The notes under the pieces are model-generated. The model searched no databases, had not been told where the DNA came from, and saw nothing but the letters and a program-made list of their open reading frames with translations. This document shows, in pieces, positions 25,847 through 36,214 of a DNA stretch of 64,000 nt. Each line of letters opens with the position of its first letter. The first letter of the stretch is position 1. The position numbers and the translations under genes were made by a program. Origin of the DNA: an uncultured bacterium (GTDB lineage Bacteria; Krumholzibacteriota; Krumholzibacteriia; LZORAL124-64-63); NCBI GenBank assembly GCA_963732385.1, contig CAVSZB010000001.1, positions 1-64,000 on the forward strand, given 5' to 3'.

Positions 25847-27133
25847 TCACCGCGTCGACAACGCACCCGCGTCCGGAGAGGCGATCGCTTCCTCCAGGGC
25901 CCGGAGCATCTCCCGGGTAGCCGGCGCGCGCGCCTGGCGGCGGTTCTGCTGGTCGAGCTGGAAGGTCACCGACAGGGCTCCGATCACGAACGCGAGGGGC
26001 ACCAGGAAGGGGACAAACCGCCTGATGCGGTGACGCGCCAGCAGATCGGAGCAGCCGACGGCGCCTGCGGCGAGGACGACGCAGAATCCGAGCGCCACCA
26101 GGTAGAGGTCGCGCAGGTTGAGCCACTGGCCGCGGACATCGATGCCGGTGAACGGCAGCAGCGTGATGCAGGTCCAGGTGATGAAGAAGCGGATCGACGG
26201 GCTGCCGAACACCAAGCCGAAAAAGCCGAACGAGACGATGGCGATGGCGAGGAAAAAACGGACCACAACGCGCGCCTCGTACAGCGCGTACACGAAGGAG
26301 TCCGTGCGTTGAAGCAGGGGGCTGTGCTGCAGAGGGAACAGCATCAGCGTCAGGTAACGGAAGAAGTTCTTGATTGAAATCCAGGTGAAGTGCAGGGGTC
26401 CGCCGCCGGAGGAGAAGTCGATCTGCGGCGGTCGGCCGAAGCGATGTTGCGCGGCGAAGAACAGCGCGCTGATCGCGATCAGGATCAGCAGGTCTGGCGA
26501 CAGGACCGAGCGCAGCCCGCGCGCCCGGCGGAAGAAATACTTGTAGGCGAATAGGCACCCCAGCAGCGAGAGCGTGGCCTGGGCGGTCAGGCCGGCCACG
26601 GCGTACAGGCCGAGCGCGCCCCAGAACCAGCGCGAGCGCACGCAGCCGCCGTGACGGAAGTCATTGCGGATCATGCAGTAGAGAACCAGCAGGTACAGAT
26701 GCGCCAGAACCAGCGCCTCGTGGCTCGACAGCGACAGCAGCACCTTGCCATAGCTGCCCACCGTGAAGGCGAACAGGAGCGAAGCCAGCACTGCCAGCCG
26801 TCGGCGCGGAAATAGCAGGTTCACGAGCAGGTAGACGAGGAAGCTGTTGAGCGCGTGCACCAGCAGGCTGACCAGGTGATAGCCGAACGAATCAAGCCCG
26901 AACAGGCGATACTGGGCCAGAAACAGGAGCTGCAGCAGCGGCTGGCTGACCAGATTGCCCCCGTGCCGGAACATTACGCCGGGATCGCGGGACAGCAGAT
27001 CCGCATCGTGCAGGATCTCGAACGAGAGCGGATCCCAGAGGGGCGCCGAGAGGATGCCGCCGAACGCCACGTAGACCACGGCCATCAGCAGTATCAGGAT
27101 CGGCAGGTGTGCTTGGAGACTCTTGTTGCTCAC
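25847..27133 (-). CDS. Multi-pass membrane protein, GT-C/PMT-like
   Basis: YRLFGL..GYHLVSLLVHALN motif; many TM helices; RDLYL. Confidence 0.65.
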   Translation of the reverse strand: MSNKSLQAHLPILILLMAVVYVAFGGILSAPLWDPLSFEILHDADLLSRDPGVMFRHGGNLVSQPLLQLLFLAQYRLFGLDSFGYHLVSLLVHALNSFLVYLLVNLLFPRRRLAVLASLLFAFTVGSYGKVLLSLSSHEALVLAHLYLLVLYCMIRNDFRHGGCVRSRWFWGALGLYAVAGLTAQATLSLLGCLFAYKYFFRRARGLRSVLSPDLLILIAISALFFAAQHRFGRPPQIDFSSGGGPLHFTWISIKNFFRYLTLMLFPLQHSPLLQRTDSFVYALYEARVVVRFFLAIAIVSFGFFGLVFGSPSIRFFITWTCITLLPFTGIDVRGQWLNLRDLYLVALGFCVVLAAGAVGCSDLLARHRIRRFVPFLVPLAFVIGALSVTFQLDQQNRRQARAPATREMLRALEEAIASPDAGALSTR

Positions 27134-27329
27134 GGCTCTCCTGCCGAGCGGGGCGAGGGGGTGGGCGTGACTTCGCGCAAGCTGCATCACGGCCCCGAGT
27201 GCACCAGGAATGAGAATAGCAGATATTCCATATTCACGGCAAGTTGACGTCCCGAGAGCGCGGCGCCTCTCCTGATCGCCGGGGGCGACGGAGGCGTCCG
27301 GCAATGCTATGTTGTGGCGCGAGGTGGCG

Positions 27330-27938
27330 ATGACCGACCAGGCGACACGCAGGGAATCGGCGGACCCCGGGTGGGCTTCGCGGGGCGCCTTGAAGCTGGA
27401 CGCGGCACTCGCCCGCTTCGGGATCGACCCGGCGGGGCGGATCTGCGCCGATCTCGGCTGCAGCACCGGTGGCTTCACTGACGTGCTGTTGCGCCGCGGC
27501 GCGGCACGGGTGCACGCCGTGGACACCGGCTATGGGGTGCTCGCCTGGCGGTTGCGGTCCGATCCGCGCGTGGTCGTGCATGAACGGACGAACGCGCTGT
27601 ATGCGGCGCTGCCGGAGCCGTGCGGTCTCGTCGTGGTGGACGTCGGCTGGACGCGACAGGAGCGGATCGTACCGCGGGCGCTGGGGTTGCTCGGGCCGGG
27701 CGGTGAGGTCGTTTCGCTGCTCAAACCGCACTACGAGGCGCCGCCCGACTGGCTGGAGGGGGGGGTATTGCCGGCCTCCCGGGTAGCCGAGGTGCTGGCC
27801 GCCGTGTTGGAGCAGTTGGGCAGTCTGGCGCCTCCGTGCCGGGTCTTGGCGACCATGCCTTCACCGGTTCCGGGAGGCAAGGGGGGTAACGTCGAGGTGT
27901 TGCTGCACCTGCGGGCGGAGGGGGATGAAGGCCGCTAA
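27330..27938 (+). CDS. tlyA: TlyA-family RNA methyltransferase lacking the S4 domain
   Basis: SRGALKL, DLGCSTGGFTD, LLKPHYE and GGKGGNVE motifs. Confidence 0.85.
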   Translation: MTDQATRRESADPGWASRGALKLDAALARFGIDPAGRICADLGCSTGGFTDVLLRRGAARVHAVDTGYGVLAWRLRSDPRVVVHERTNALYAALPEPCGLVVVDVGWTRQERIVPRALGLLGPGGEVVSLLKPHYEAPPDWLEGGVLPASRVAEVLAAVLEQLGSLAPPCRVLATMPSPVPGGKGGNVEVLLHLRAEGDEGR

Positions 27939-28108
27939 TTGGGCTCCCCTGGCGGGGTGCGACGGAGGCTGGAGACGGGGGGGGCGCGGGGGAGCCGCGG
28001 ACCGAATTCTGGAGATTGCTACGGCGGCAATGGATCCACGCACAAATCGCAATATCATGTGTCGGGCGCTCCGGCGCCGCATCCCATCTTCAGCCCGCGG
28101 AGTTTGAC

Positions 28109-29692
28109 ATGTCGTTCAAGGGTCGCTGCGGCTTTGCCGCCGCCGGACTGTGGCTGATCGTTGCGGTCGGTATCGCCTTCGCCCAGGAAGCTCCCGTCAG
28201 GGGTCCCGGCCCGTACAGCATCACCATTTTCCACACCAACGACACGCACGGCGGTTTCGTGCCGGAACCGGCTCAGTGGCGCGACGACAAGGCGCCGGTG
28301 GGGGGCATTGTGGCGCTCGCGGCCCACCTCGCGCGCGAGCGGCAGGTGGGGCCGCCGTCGCTGCTGCTCGACGCCGGCGACTTCATGACCGGCAATATCC
28401 TGTGCGACCTCGCCGAAAACGGGGTCATGGGGGCGGCCTGGCAGGATCTGCGCAATCTCGTCGGCTACGATGTCGGTGTCGTCGGCAACCACGAGTTCGA
28501 CCAGGGGTGCGACAATGCGCTCGCGCTCGTGGCGCTCGCCGCCGGCGCGAACTATCGCATCATCGCGGCGGATATCCTCGACGAGCGGGGCCAGCCACTG
28601 TTCGCCACCGGACCGGTGGTGATCACGCGTGGCGATCTGCGCGTCGGTGTCATCGGGGTGTCGTGCAAGACGCTGTTCGACGTGACCTCGCCGGTGCGGA
28701 CCGGCGGACTGTCACTGCGCGACCAGGAGATGGTCGTGCGCGAACAGCTGACCGACCTGCTGCCGCGCACCGACCTGCAGGTGCTGATCAGCCACTCCGG
28801 CCTGCCGTCCGACGAGGCGCTGGCGGAACGGCTGGCCGGATCCGGGCTCGACGTGATCGTAGGCGGCCACTCGCACACCCGATTGAAGGAGCCGAAGCTC
28901 GCGGGGGGCATCCTCATCGTGCAGGCCGGGTCGGGCCTGAAAAACCTCGGCCGGCTCGACCTTCTGGTGAAGGGCGGCCGGGTCGTGCAGTACGATGGCC
29001 GCCTGATCGAATTGACGACCGACGATTCCGCCGGCGCGCCGCCGGAGCTGGTCGCACTGACCGAGCGCCACGCGCGACGCATCGACGCGGAGTTCGGGCG
29101 GACGATCGCCACGCTCGTCACCCCGTGGTCGCGGCGGGGCGCAGGCGGCAGCAACATCGGCAACTGGATCACCGACGCGCTGCGTGCGCGCGCCGGCGCG
29201 GAAGTGGCGTTCCTCAACTCCGGCAGCATCCGCAAGGACCTGCCCGCCGGTCCGATCCGCCTGCTCGACGTGAAGGAGATCCTGCCGTTCGCCAACACGC
29301 TGGTCACCTGGGACCTGACCGGCCGGGAGTTGCTGGGCATCGCCGAATACAACGCGAAGTCGGCCGGCGGCCGCGACGGCGGCCTGCAGATGTCGGGACT
29401 CACCTACGGCTGGCGCCGGGTGGGCGACCATATCGAGGTGGAGGATGTGCGCGTGGGGGGCAGGCCGGTGCGGGCGGATCGGGTCTACAAGGCCGCGGCC
29501 GCGGATTATGTCTGCCTGCAGGCGAAGGAGTACTTCGGCTTCGCGCCGCCGCAGACGACCTACGTCGGCGTCGGCGTGACTGACGCCGTTGTCGAGGCGA
29601 TCCGCCAGGCGGGGCGGATCGACACGCGCCCGGAGGCGCGGGTTCGCCAACTGGATCGCCCCGCGCCGCGGCCACGCGACCGGTCGCGGTGA
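28109..29692 (+). CDS. Bifunctional metallophosphatase / 5'-nucleotidase
   Basis: HTNDTHG, DAGD, GNHEFD, GGHSHT and NSGSIR..ILPFAN motifs. Confidence 0.93.
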   Translation: MSFKGRCGFAAAGLWLIVAVGIAFAQEAPVRGPGPYSITIFHTNDTHGGFVPEPAQWRDDKAPVGGIVALAAHLARERQVGPPSLLLDAGDFMTGNILCDLAENGVMGAAWQDLRNLVGYDVGVVGNHEFDQGCDNALALVALAAGANYRIIAADILDERGQPLFATGPVVITRGDLRVGVIGVSCKTLFDVTSPVRTGGLSLRDQEMVVREQLTDLLPRTDLQVLISHSGLPSDEALAERLAGSGLDVIVGGHSHTRLKEPKLAGGILIVQAGSGLKNLGRLDLLVKGGRVVQYDGRLIELTTDDSAGAPPELVALTERHARRIDAEFGRTIATLVTPWSRRGAGGSNIGNWITDALRARAGAEVAFLNSGSIRKDLPAGPIRLLDVKEILPFANTLVTWDLTGRELLGIAEYNAKSAGGRDGGLQMSGLTYGWRRVGDHIEVEDVRVGGRPVRADRVYKAAAADYVCLQAKEYFGFAPPQTTYVGVGVTDAVVEAIRQAGRIDTRPEARVRQLDRPAPRPRDRSR

Positions 29693-29801
29693 TCGGGGAG
29701 CTGCAACCGGGTTTTTACGGCCCGTCCTTCACGGTGGGGATCGTGCTAGAATGACCATGCACGCGCGCCCGCTCCGGACGCCGCGCTCCCTGGAGGGAAC
29801 C

Positions 29802-30473
29802 ATGACGATGGATGCCGTTCAACCCCAGCCCCTGCCCCCGCCGATTCCCGGCCCGTGCGGCGAGGGGGCGTTGCCCCTGCTGCTCCGTTTCGTCGATCGC
29901 GTCAGGCCCGGCGGCCGCGTGCTGGAAATCGGCGCCGACCACGGCGAGCGGGCGCTGCTCCTGGCACGCCGCGGCTGGCTGGTGACGGCTATCGAGGCGG
30001 CCCCCGAGGCGCTGGAGCGTTTGCGCGAGACCGCCGCACGCGAGAAGCTGACGCTCGAACTTCCGGACGGCGACGTCTTCAACTGCGCACTCGAGGGACC
30101 GTTCGACGCGGTGCTCGCCTTCGATCGCCTGCAGAGTCTCTCCCGCCGCGAAGGCGCCAGCCTGCTCTACCTCGCGATGGGGTGGCTTCCGCCGGGCGGC
30201 CTGCTGTTCCTCAGTTCGATCCATGTGGACGATCCTGCCTACGACACCTGCCGCGATCAATGGGAGCGGATCGGGCTGCACTCGTATCGTAGCCCGGGCG
30301 GGTTGGTGCGCACGTTCCTGGCGCGGCACGAAATCCTCGACCTGCTGATCGGCTGGGACGTGCTGCACCACTGCGAGGCTGCGGGCCCCAGGCACGTGCA
30401 CGGCGCCGCAGCGCCGGAAAGGCACGGCGTGGTCGAGGTGGTGGCGCGCAAGACGGACGAGATCGCGCGCTGA
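29802..30473 (+). CDS. Class I SAM-dependent methyltransferase
   Basis: RVLEIGADHGE, VTAIE and FDAVL motifs. Confidence 0.75.
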   Translation: MTMDAVQPQPLPPPIPGPCGEGALPLLLRFVDRVRPGGRVLEIGADHGERALLLARRGWLVTAIEAAPEALERLRETAAREKLTLELPDGDVFNCALEGPFDAVLAFDRLQSLSRREGASLLYLAMGWLPPGGLLFLSSIHVDDPAYDTCRDQWERIGLHSYRSPGGLVRTFLARHEILDLLIGWDVLHHCEAAGPRHVHGAAAPERHGVVEVVARKTDEIAR

Positions 30474-30477
30474 GCGC

Positions 30478-31695
30478 TCACGCCAGCCCCGTTTCCACCC
30501 GCAGGATCCCCGCCAGACGCCGGTACTGCTCCAGTGTGTTGTAGGCCTGCGCAGCCACGCGCAGCACGCGCCGCGGCGGCTGCGGCCACGAGTAGACCGG
30601 ACAGACGATGCCGTGGACATCCTCGAGCCGGACGGAGAATGGGTCGTGGAACATGGGGGGGGGCGGCGGCGCGTCGATGTCGGGCAGAGACACGGCGGCG
30701 AGGGTGCCGATCATCCCGTCCGGGGATGGCGTCGGCATGCCCAGCGCCTCACACAGGGCGCGGCGCGCGGCTAGCGCGAGTGCGCGATTGCGCGCCATCA
30801 GGTCGGGCCAGCCGCCCGGCAGCAGCGCGCCCAGGCAGCGGATCGCCGCCGGCACGCACAGGTACGGGGTCGGATCGTCGGTGCCGACCCAGTCGAACTC
30901 GATCCGGAAGCGAGAGCGGTCGGTGCGGGGCGAGTTGGCCCCATGGCTGATGACCGGCGGGCGGATCGCCTCCTGGCGGTCACGCCGCACATAAAGGAAC
31001 CCGGCTCCCTTCGGTGCGCAGAGCCACTTGTGGCAGTTGCCCGCATAGTACGGCGCCCCCAGCCGGTGCAGATCGAGCGGCAGCATGCCCGGCCCATGCG
31101 CGCCGTCGACCAGCAGGTCGACCCCGCGCGCCCCCAGCTCCGCGGCGAGGCGCGCGATCGGCAGCACGAGTCCGGTCTGGCTGGTGACATGGTCGATCAA
31201 AGCCAGCCGCGTCCTTGCGGTGACGCGGGCGAGCACTGCGCGCACGACAGTCTCCGGATCGTCGATGGGGAATGGTATCGGCACGACCACCGTCACTGCA
31301 CCGTCGCGCATCGCTGCGAAGTCGAGCACGTTGCGCGAGGCGTTGTACTCGTGGTCTGTGACCAGCAGCTCGTCACCCGCCGCGAAGCGCAGCGAACCGA
31401 GCACCGCGTTGATGCCGGTGGTGGCGTTGTTGACGAAGACGAGGTCCTCGGAATCCGCGCCGACGAACGCCGCGAGCTCCGCACGTGCCGCGTCGAGTCG
31501 CGCCTCGAGGGTCCGCCACAGGAAGCGCACCGGCTGACGTTCCATCTCCGCGCGCAGTCGCGCCTGTTCCTCGAGCACCGCCGCGGGACAGGCGCCGAAC
31601 GACCCGTGGTTGAGGAAGTCGAGCCCGGGATCGAGGGTCCAGTGCCGGGACCACTCCTGCGAAAGATCGTAGCCGTGGGTGAGGTCGCGATGCAT
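30478..31695 (-). CDS. PLP-dependent aminotransferase class V (isopenicillin N epimerase/cysteine lyase-like)
   Basis: LNHGSFGACP, VDGAH and GNCHKWLCAPKG motifs. Confidence 0.92.
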   Translation of the reverse strand: MHRDLTHGYDLSQEWSRHWTLDPGLDFLNHGSFGACPAAVLEEQARLRAEMERQPVRFLWRTLEARLDAARAELAAFVGADSEDLVFVNNATTGINAVLGSLRFAAGDELLVTDHEYNASRNVLDFAAMRDGAVTVVVPIPFPIDDPETVVRAVLARVTARTRLALIDHVTSQTGLVLPIARLAAELGARGVDLLVDGAHGPGMLPLDLHRLGAPYYAGNCHKWLCAPKGAGFLYVRRDRQEAIRPPVISHGANSPRTDRSRFRIEFDWVGTDDPTPYLCVPAAIRCLGALLPGGWPDLMARNRALALAARRALCEALGMPTPSPDGMIGTLAAVSLPDIDAPPPPPMFHDPFSVRLEDVHGIVCPVYSWPQPPRRVLRVAAQAYNTLEQYRRLAGILRVETGLA

Positions 31696-31775
31696 GGGGC
31701 TCTGCTCCTTTGGGAGATCATCGATATCAAAGGACGGCAGGCGCCGCCAGCACGATCCGCCGCGGCGGCGCGCCG

Positions 31776-31980
31776 GGCACGCGGGGTCGACCAGGTGCTC
31801 CGGCGCCCATCCTGACAGCCATTGCTACGGTAGCAATGAGTGCGCGCCTGGCACGCGGGGTCGACCAGGCTCTCCGGCGCCCATCCTTACAGCCGTTGCT
31901 ACAGTAGCAATGAGTGCGCGGGCCAGGGGGGGCGGAACGAGCCCGCAAACTCGTTGCTACCGTAGCAATGGCTGTTCGGA
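31776..31980. repeat. Cluster of palindromic repeats: two direct copies with 74-bp period plus one inverted copy
   Basis: Units 31776-31846 and 31850-31920; cores TTGCTAC-N-GTAGCAA at 31822, 31896 and 31954. Confidence 0.9.
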
Positions 31981-32166
31981 AGGACCGCCGCATTCCCGTG
32001 CACGCACGTGAACCTCGCTGCGGCGGCTGCGGCGGCCGCGCCGGCAGGCCCGTATTGCCGCTCTCCGGGCCGTCTGCTAACTTGGTCGCGCCCGAATGGT
32101 ACGGGCTGTGCGCATGGGCATGCCGCGCCCAGGCCGTTCACTCGCTGCACGCGACAGGAATTTCCC

Positions 32167-33711
32167 ATGGCCGCGAGCCTTCCCAACCGTGATCTGCGCT
32201 CCTTCTGCCGGTTTCTCGAGGAGCGCGGCGAACTGATCCGCGTGACGGAGCCGGTCGATCCGTATCTCGAAGTGACGGAAATCGCCGACCGCTTCGTGAA
32301 GGCCGGCGAATCGCCTGCCCTCCTGTTCGAGAATCCCCTGCCCGGACCGCTCGGTCAGGCGGCCGGGCGCGCGACCGCGGCCCGCACCGCCGACGGCCGA
32401 CCGGTTCCGCTCGTGATCAATCTGTTCGCGTCGCGGCAGCGGCTGGCGTGGGCCCTCGGCTGTGCGACGGTGGACGAGGCCGTGGCGAAAATCGAGGCGC
32501 CGTTGCATGCCGGGGCTCCGGGCGGGCTGTGGGACAAGCTGCGCCTGCTTGGCAGGCTCAGGGAGTGGAGCAGCGCGTTGCCGAAGTCGGTCGCGCGGGG
32601 AGCGTGCCAGGAGGTTGTTGTGCGGGGGGACGAGTTGGAGAGCCGCGGCCTGCTCGACCTGATCCCCGTGCTCACCACCTGGCCGGAGGACGGCGGGCCG
32701 TACATCACCTTCCCGCTGGTGATCACGCGCCACCCGGAGACCGGGAAGCGCAATCTTGGCATGTACCGGCTTCAGGTCCACGACGGCCGCACGACCGGCA
32801 TGCACTGGCAGGTGCACAAGACCGGCGCGGCGCACTACGATCTCCACGAGCGGCGCGGCGAGCGGATGCCGGTCTGCGTGGCGATCGGTGGTCCGCCGGC
32901 GCTCACCTACGCCGCGACGGCACCGCTGCCGGACGATCTTGACGAGGCGCTGCTGGCCGGCTTCCTGACCGGCGCGCCGATCGCCTTCACGAAGGCGGTC
33001 ACCTGCGACCTCGAGGTTCCGGCCGACGCCGACTTCGTTATCGAAGGCTATGTCGACCCGGGCGAGCGCCGCGTGGAGGGGCCGTTCGGCGACCATACCG
33101 GCTTCTACTCGCTGGCTGAGCCGTTCCCGGTCTTCCACGTGACCGCGATCACCTCGCGCCGCGATCCGATCTACCTCACGACGATCGTCGGCCGGCCGCC
33201 GATGGAAGACGGCGTTTTGGGGTGGGCCACCGAGCGTCTGTTCCTGCCAATGCTGCGCACCGCCCTGCCCGAGCTCATCGACCTGCACCTGCCGGTGGCG
33301 GCCTGCTTCCACAACCTCGCACTGGTGTCGATCCGCAAGCGCTTCCCGGGCCACGCCCGCAAGGTCTGCCACGCCCTGTGGGGCATGGGTCAGATGATGT
33401 TCTGCAAGACGATCGTCGTCGTGGACGACGACGTGAACGTGCAGGACCCTTACGAGACGCTCTGGCGCGTCAGCAACGCCGTCGATCCGCAGCGCGACAC
33501 CTTCTTCGCCACCGGCCCCGTCGACCAGCTCGATCACACCACGAATGTCGCACTCATCGGCGGCAAGATGGGCATCGACGCGACCCGCAAGTGGTCCGGC
33601 GAAGAGGGCTACGGCCGCGATTGGCCGCCGGTGATCGCGATGCGCGAAGACGTGAAGCGCCAGGTGGACGAGCGGTGGGCGAATCTGCTGGAGCGCTTGC
33701 GCCGGCCCTGA
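32167..33711 (+). CDS. ubiD: UbiD-family menaquinone biosynthesis decarboxylase (MqnL-like)
   Basis: RNLGMYR, EGPFGDHTGFY, GRPPMED and KMGIDAT motifs. Confidence 0.93.
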   Translation: MAASLPNRDLRSFCRFLEERGELIRVTEPVDPYLEVTEIADRFVKAGESPALLFENPLPGPLGQAAGRATAARTADGRPVPLVINLFASRQRLAWALGCATVDEAVAKIEAPLHAGAPGGLWDKLRLLGRLREWSSALPKSVARGACQEVVVRGDELESRGLLDLIPVLTTWPEDGGPYITFPLVITRHPETGKRNLGMYRLQVHDGRTTGMHWQVHKTGAAHYDLHERRGERMPVCVAIGGPPALTYAATAPLPDDLDEALLAGFLTGAPIAFTKAVTCDLEVPADADFVIEGYVDPGERRVEGPFGDHTGFYSLAEPFPVFHVTAITSRRDPIYLTTIVGRPPMEDGVLGWATERLFLPMLRTALPELIDLHLPVAACFHNLALVSIRKRFPGHARKVCHALWGMGQMMFCKTIVVVDDDVNVQDPYETLWRVSNAVDPQRDTFFATGPVDQLDHTTNVALIGGKMGIDATRKWSGEEGYGRDWPPVIAMREDVKRQVDERWANLLERLRRP

Positions 33712-33739
33712 ACGCCCGTCCCGGGACGCGAGACACAAA

Positions 33740-33769
33740 GGGAAAGCCATCCCCGCGGATGGCTTTCCC
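33740..33769 (-). terminator. Terminator hairpin between convergent genes
   Basis: GGGAAAGCCATCC-CCGC-GGATGGCTTTCCC. Confidence 0.7.
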
Positions 33770-33794
33770 CGAATCCAGGAGCGGAACTCCCGTA

Positions 33795-34979
33795 CTAGTT
33801 GTCGCCGGTGGTCGTCCCGAGCGCAGCCTTCTCCGCATCGACCAGGCCGTAGCCCTGGTACTCGAACGGCAGGCCGATGTTCTCGCCGCTGTCGCGCATC
33901 AATTGCCGGATCTCATCGCGGGTGTAGGTGGGGTGCGCCGCCCAGGCGACCGCCGCCGCGCCCGCCACCATCGGGCAGGACATGGAGGTGCCGCTCAGCG
34001 AGCGGTACTTGGCGTTCTTGTAGGTCGAGTAGATCAGGCGACCGGGCGCCATGAGCTCGGCCTCGGGGCCGAAATTCGTGAACCAGGCGGCGATATCGGC
34101 CGAGGTCGAGGCGGTGATGGCCATCACGATCGGCAGCTTGGCGGGATAGATGATGTCGCCTTCCTCGTTGCCGGCGGCAGCCACCAGGAGCATGCCGTGG
34201 TCGTAGCAGGCCTGCAGGGCCGCCTCTTCCGCGGCCGAGGAATAGGTTCCGCCCCAGCTCATCGAGACGATCTGGATGTCGTTGTCGGGATCGGCGTCGA
34301 GATGCGTGTTGATGACCCAGTCCAGGCCGGGGAGGATGGTGTCATCGCCGAACGGGCCGGACTTGCTGATCCTGACCATGTACAGGTTGCAGTCCGGGGC
34401 CACGCCGATCACGCCGATCTCATTGTCGTTGGCGGAGACGATGCCGGAGCAGTGGGTGCCGTGGCCGTTGATATCGTCCCAGTCGGTCGGATCATCGGTC
34501 GCGGTCGAATAACCGCCGGAGAAGTTGAGATCAGGATGATCCTTGTCGCCGCCGGTATCGAGGATGGCCACGTTCACGCCGACGCCCTTGTTGCCGGCGG
34601 CATGGACAACCTCGGAGTCGATGCGGTCGATGCCCCAGTCCATCACTTGCGCCACTTCTTCATCGACGCAGAAGTGCCGGGAAACGTTGTTCTCCACGTA
34701 CAGGATGTTGGCGTTCTGGCCGAGCCCCTGCCGGGCCGAAACGGGGATCGTGGCGAACACGACCGGGAAATTCTTGTACTCGCGCAGGATGGCGCCACCC
34801 GCGGCGGTGATCGCGGCGCCAGGGTGCGCGCCCTGGTAGCCGATGAACACATCAACCGTCGCCAGATCCTTGTCCGCGATTGACGGGGTTGTCGGGTTCG
34901 ACACGTTGTCAGATGAACAGCCCCAGACGAGGGCCAGGATGGCGGTCATGCCAACCAAAACGAGCGCGGTTTTCTTCAT
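33795..34979 (-). CDS. S8 subtilisin-like serine peptidase (lipoprotein)
   Basis: Catalytic motifs ILDTG, HGTHCSG, AAAGN and GTSMSCP; VWGC lipobox. Confidence 0.95.
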   Translation of the reverse strand: MKKTALVLVGMTAILALVWGCSSDNVSNPTTPSIADKDLATVDVFIGYQGAHPGAAITAAGGAILREYKNFPVVFATIPVSARQGLGQNANILYVENNVSRHFCVDEEVAQVMDWGIDRIDSEVVHAAGNKGVGVNVAILDTGGDKDHPDLNFSGGYSTATDDPTDWDDINGHGTHCSGIVSANDNEIGVIGVAPDCNLYMVRISKSGPFGDDTILPGLDWVINTHLDADPDNDIQIVSMSWGGTYSSAAEEAALQACYDHGMLLVAAAGNEEGDIIYPAKLPIVMAITASTSADIAAWFTNFGPEAELMAPGRLIYSTYKNAKYRSLSGTSMSCPMVAGAAAVAWAAHPTYTRDEIRQLMRDSGENIGLPFEYQGYGLVDAEKAALGTTTGDN

Positions 34980-35338
34980 GGGAGACTCCCGTTCGGTTCC
35001 AATGGCGAAAGATTTTCGGCGAGGATCCGAATGGTCATGTCGCAGCGAGTGACACCAGCAGGCTCTTCCCGGACTTTCCTGAGCCATCCCCCCTCAGTGG
35101 CCCCTGGCGAGTGATCGAATTCAACCGCCCCGCCCCCCGCGGGTCGCCCCTCCCACGGATCTTCCGGCGGTCAATGCTTGCCCAAGAGTATACCGCAGAT
35201 GAAATCACACTTCCAGTGTTTGGGCCGGCCCGCTGCGGCCATTCGGGTCCCCGCCCCGTGATCCAGCAATGGGCTGCCAGGCTGGAAATACCCTATACTG
35301 CGCGCTCGGAGTCCGGAAGGACCTGCCGGAAAGGGACC

Positions 35339-36214
35339 ATGTTGCCAGACAAGCCCCAGCAGACGGGCGCCCGGCCCGGCATCCACGACCGCTGCCGCGA
35401 CACCTGGAGGGTGCGCGATCCGGAGGCGCACGCCCGATCGGTGCGGGCGATGTTCGCGCGCATCGCGGGCGCCTACGACTTCATGAACCATCTGCTGAGC
35501 CTCAACCTCGACCGACGCTGGCGGCGCCGGCTCGTGGCGCGGATCGACGCCGATGCGTGGGAGGTTCTCGACCTGTGCGCCGGCACCGGGGATCTGGCCG
35601 TCGAATGCCTGCGGGCGGGCCGAGGGCGGCTGCTGCTGGTTGCGGACTTCTGCCCCGAAATGCTCGGCCGCGGTCGGGGCAAGGGGCTCGGATTGCCGCT
35701 GCCGGGTCGCGACGGTATCGCGCGCCCCAGCCTGCTGTTGACGGCCGACGCGCAGGTCCTGCCGCTGCGCGATGCGTCGTGCGACGCCGTGATGGTGGCG
35801 TTCGGCGTCCGCAACCTGGCCGATGTCCGCGGCGGGCTGCGCGAGATGGCGCGCGTGCTGCGGCCCGGAGGCCAGCTCCTCGTGCTGGAATTCTTCCGCG
35901 ACGATCCTGCCGCCAGGAACGAACGGCGCGGTCCGTTGCTCCTGCTGCGCTGGTGGCTCGCCGCCACCGTTCCGCTGTTCGGCCGCCTCTTCGCCGGCGA
36001 TGGCTCCGCCTACGGCTACCTCCCCGCAAGCATGGGCCGCTTCCTGTCGGTGTCGGAATTCGCAGCACTGCTCGCCGAGTGCGGGTTCGCCGATGTCGAA
36101 GTGGAACGGCAGTCGCTCGGCGTGGCGCACCTGGTGACAGCGCGGACGATCGGCCCGGCTCGCGAGGGGGAGGGGGGCCGCGGCAGCCCGTCCGCACAGC
36201 CATTGCTACGGTAG
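35339..36214 (+). CDS. ubiE: UbiE/MenG demethylmenaquinone methyltransferase
   Basis: MFARIAGAYDFMNHLLS, LDLCAGTGD, AFGVRN and AYGYLPAS motifs. Confidence 0.9.
   Translation: MLPDKPQQTGARPGIHDRCRDTWRVRDPEAHARSVRAMFARIAGAYDFMNHLLSLNLDRRWRRRLVARIDADAWEVLDLCAGTGDLAVECLRAGRGRLLLVADFCPEMLGRGRGKGLGLPLPGRDGIARPSLLLTADAQVLPLRDASCDAVMVAFGVRNLADVRGGLREMARVLRPGGQLLVLEFFRDDPAARNERRGPLLLLRWWLAATVPLFGRLFAGDGSAYGYLPASMGRFLSVSEFAALLAECGFADVEVERQSLGVAHLVTARTIGPAREGEGGRGSPSAQPLLR

Noticed and set aside
31776..31980. CRISPR array
   Set aside because: The sequences between the palindromes are near-identical rather than unique spacers, the third copy is inverted, and there are no cas genes.
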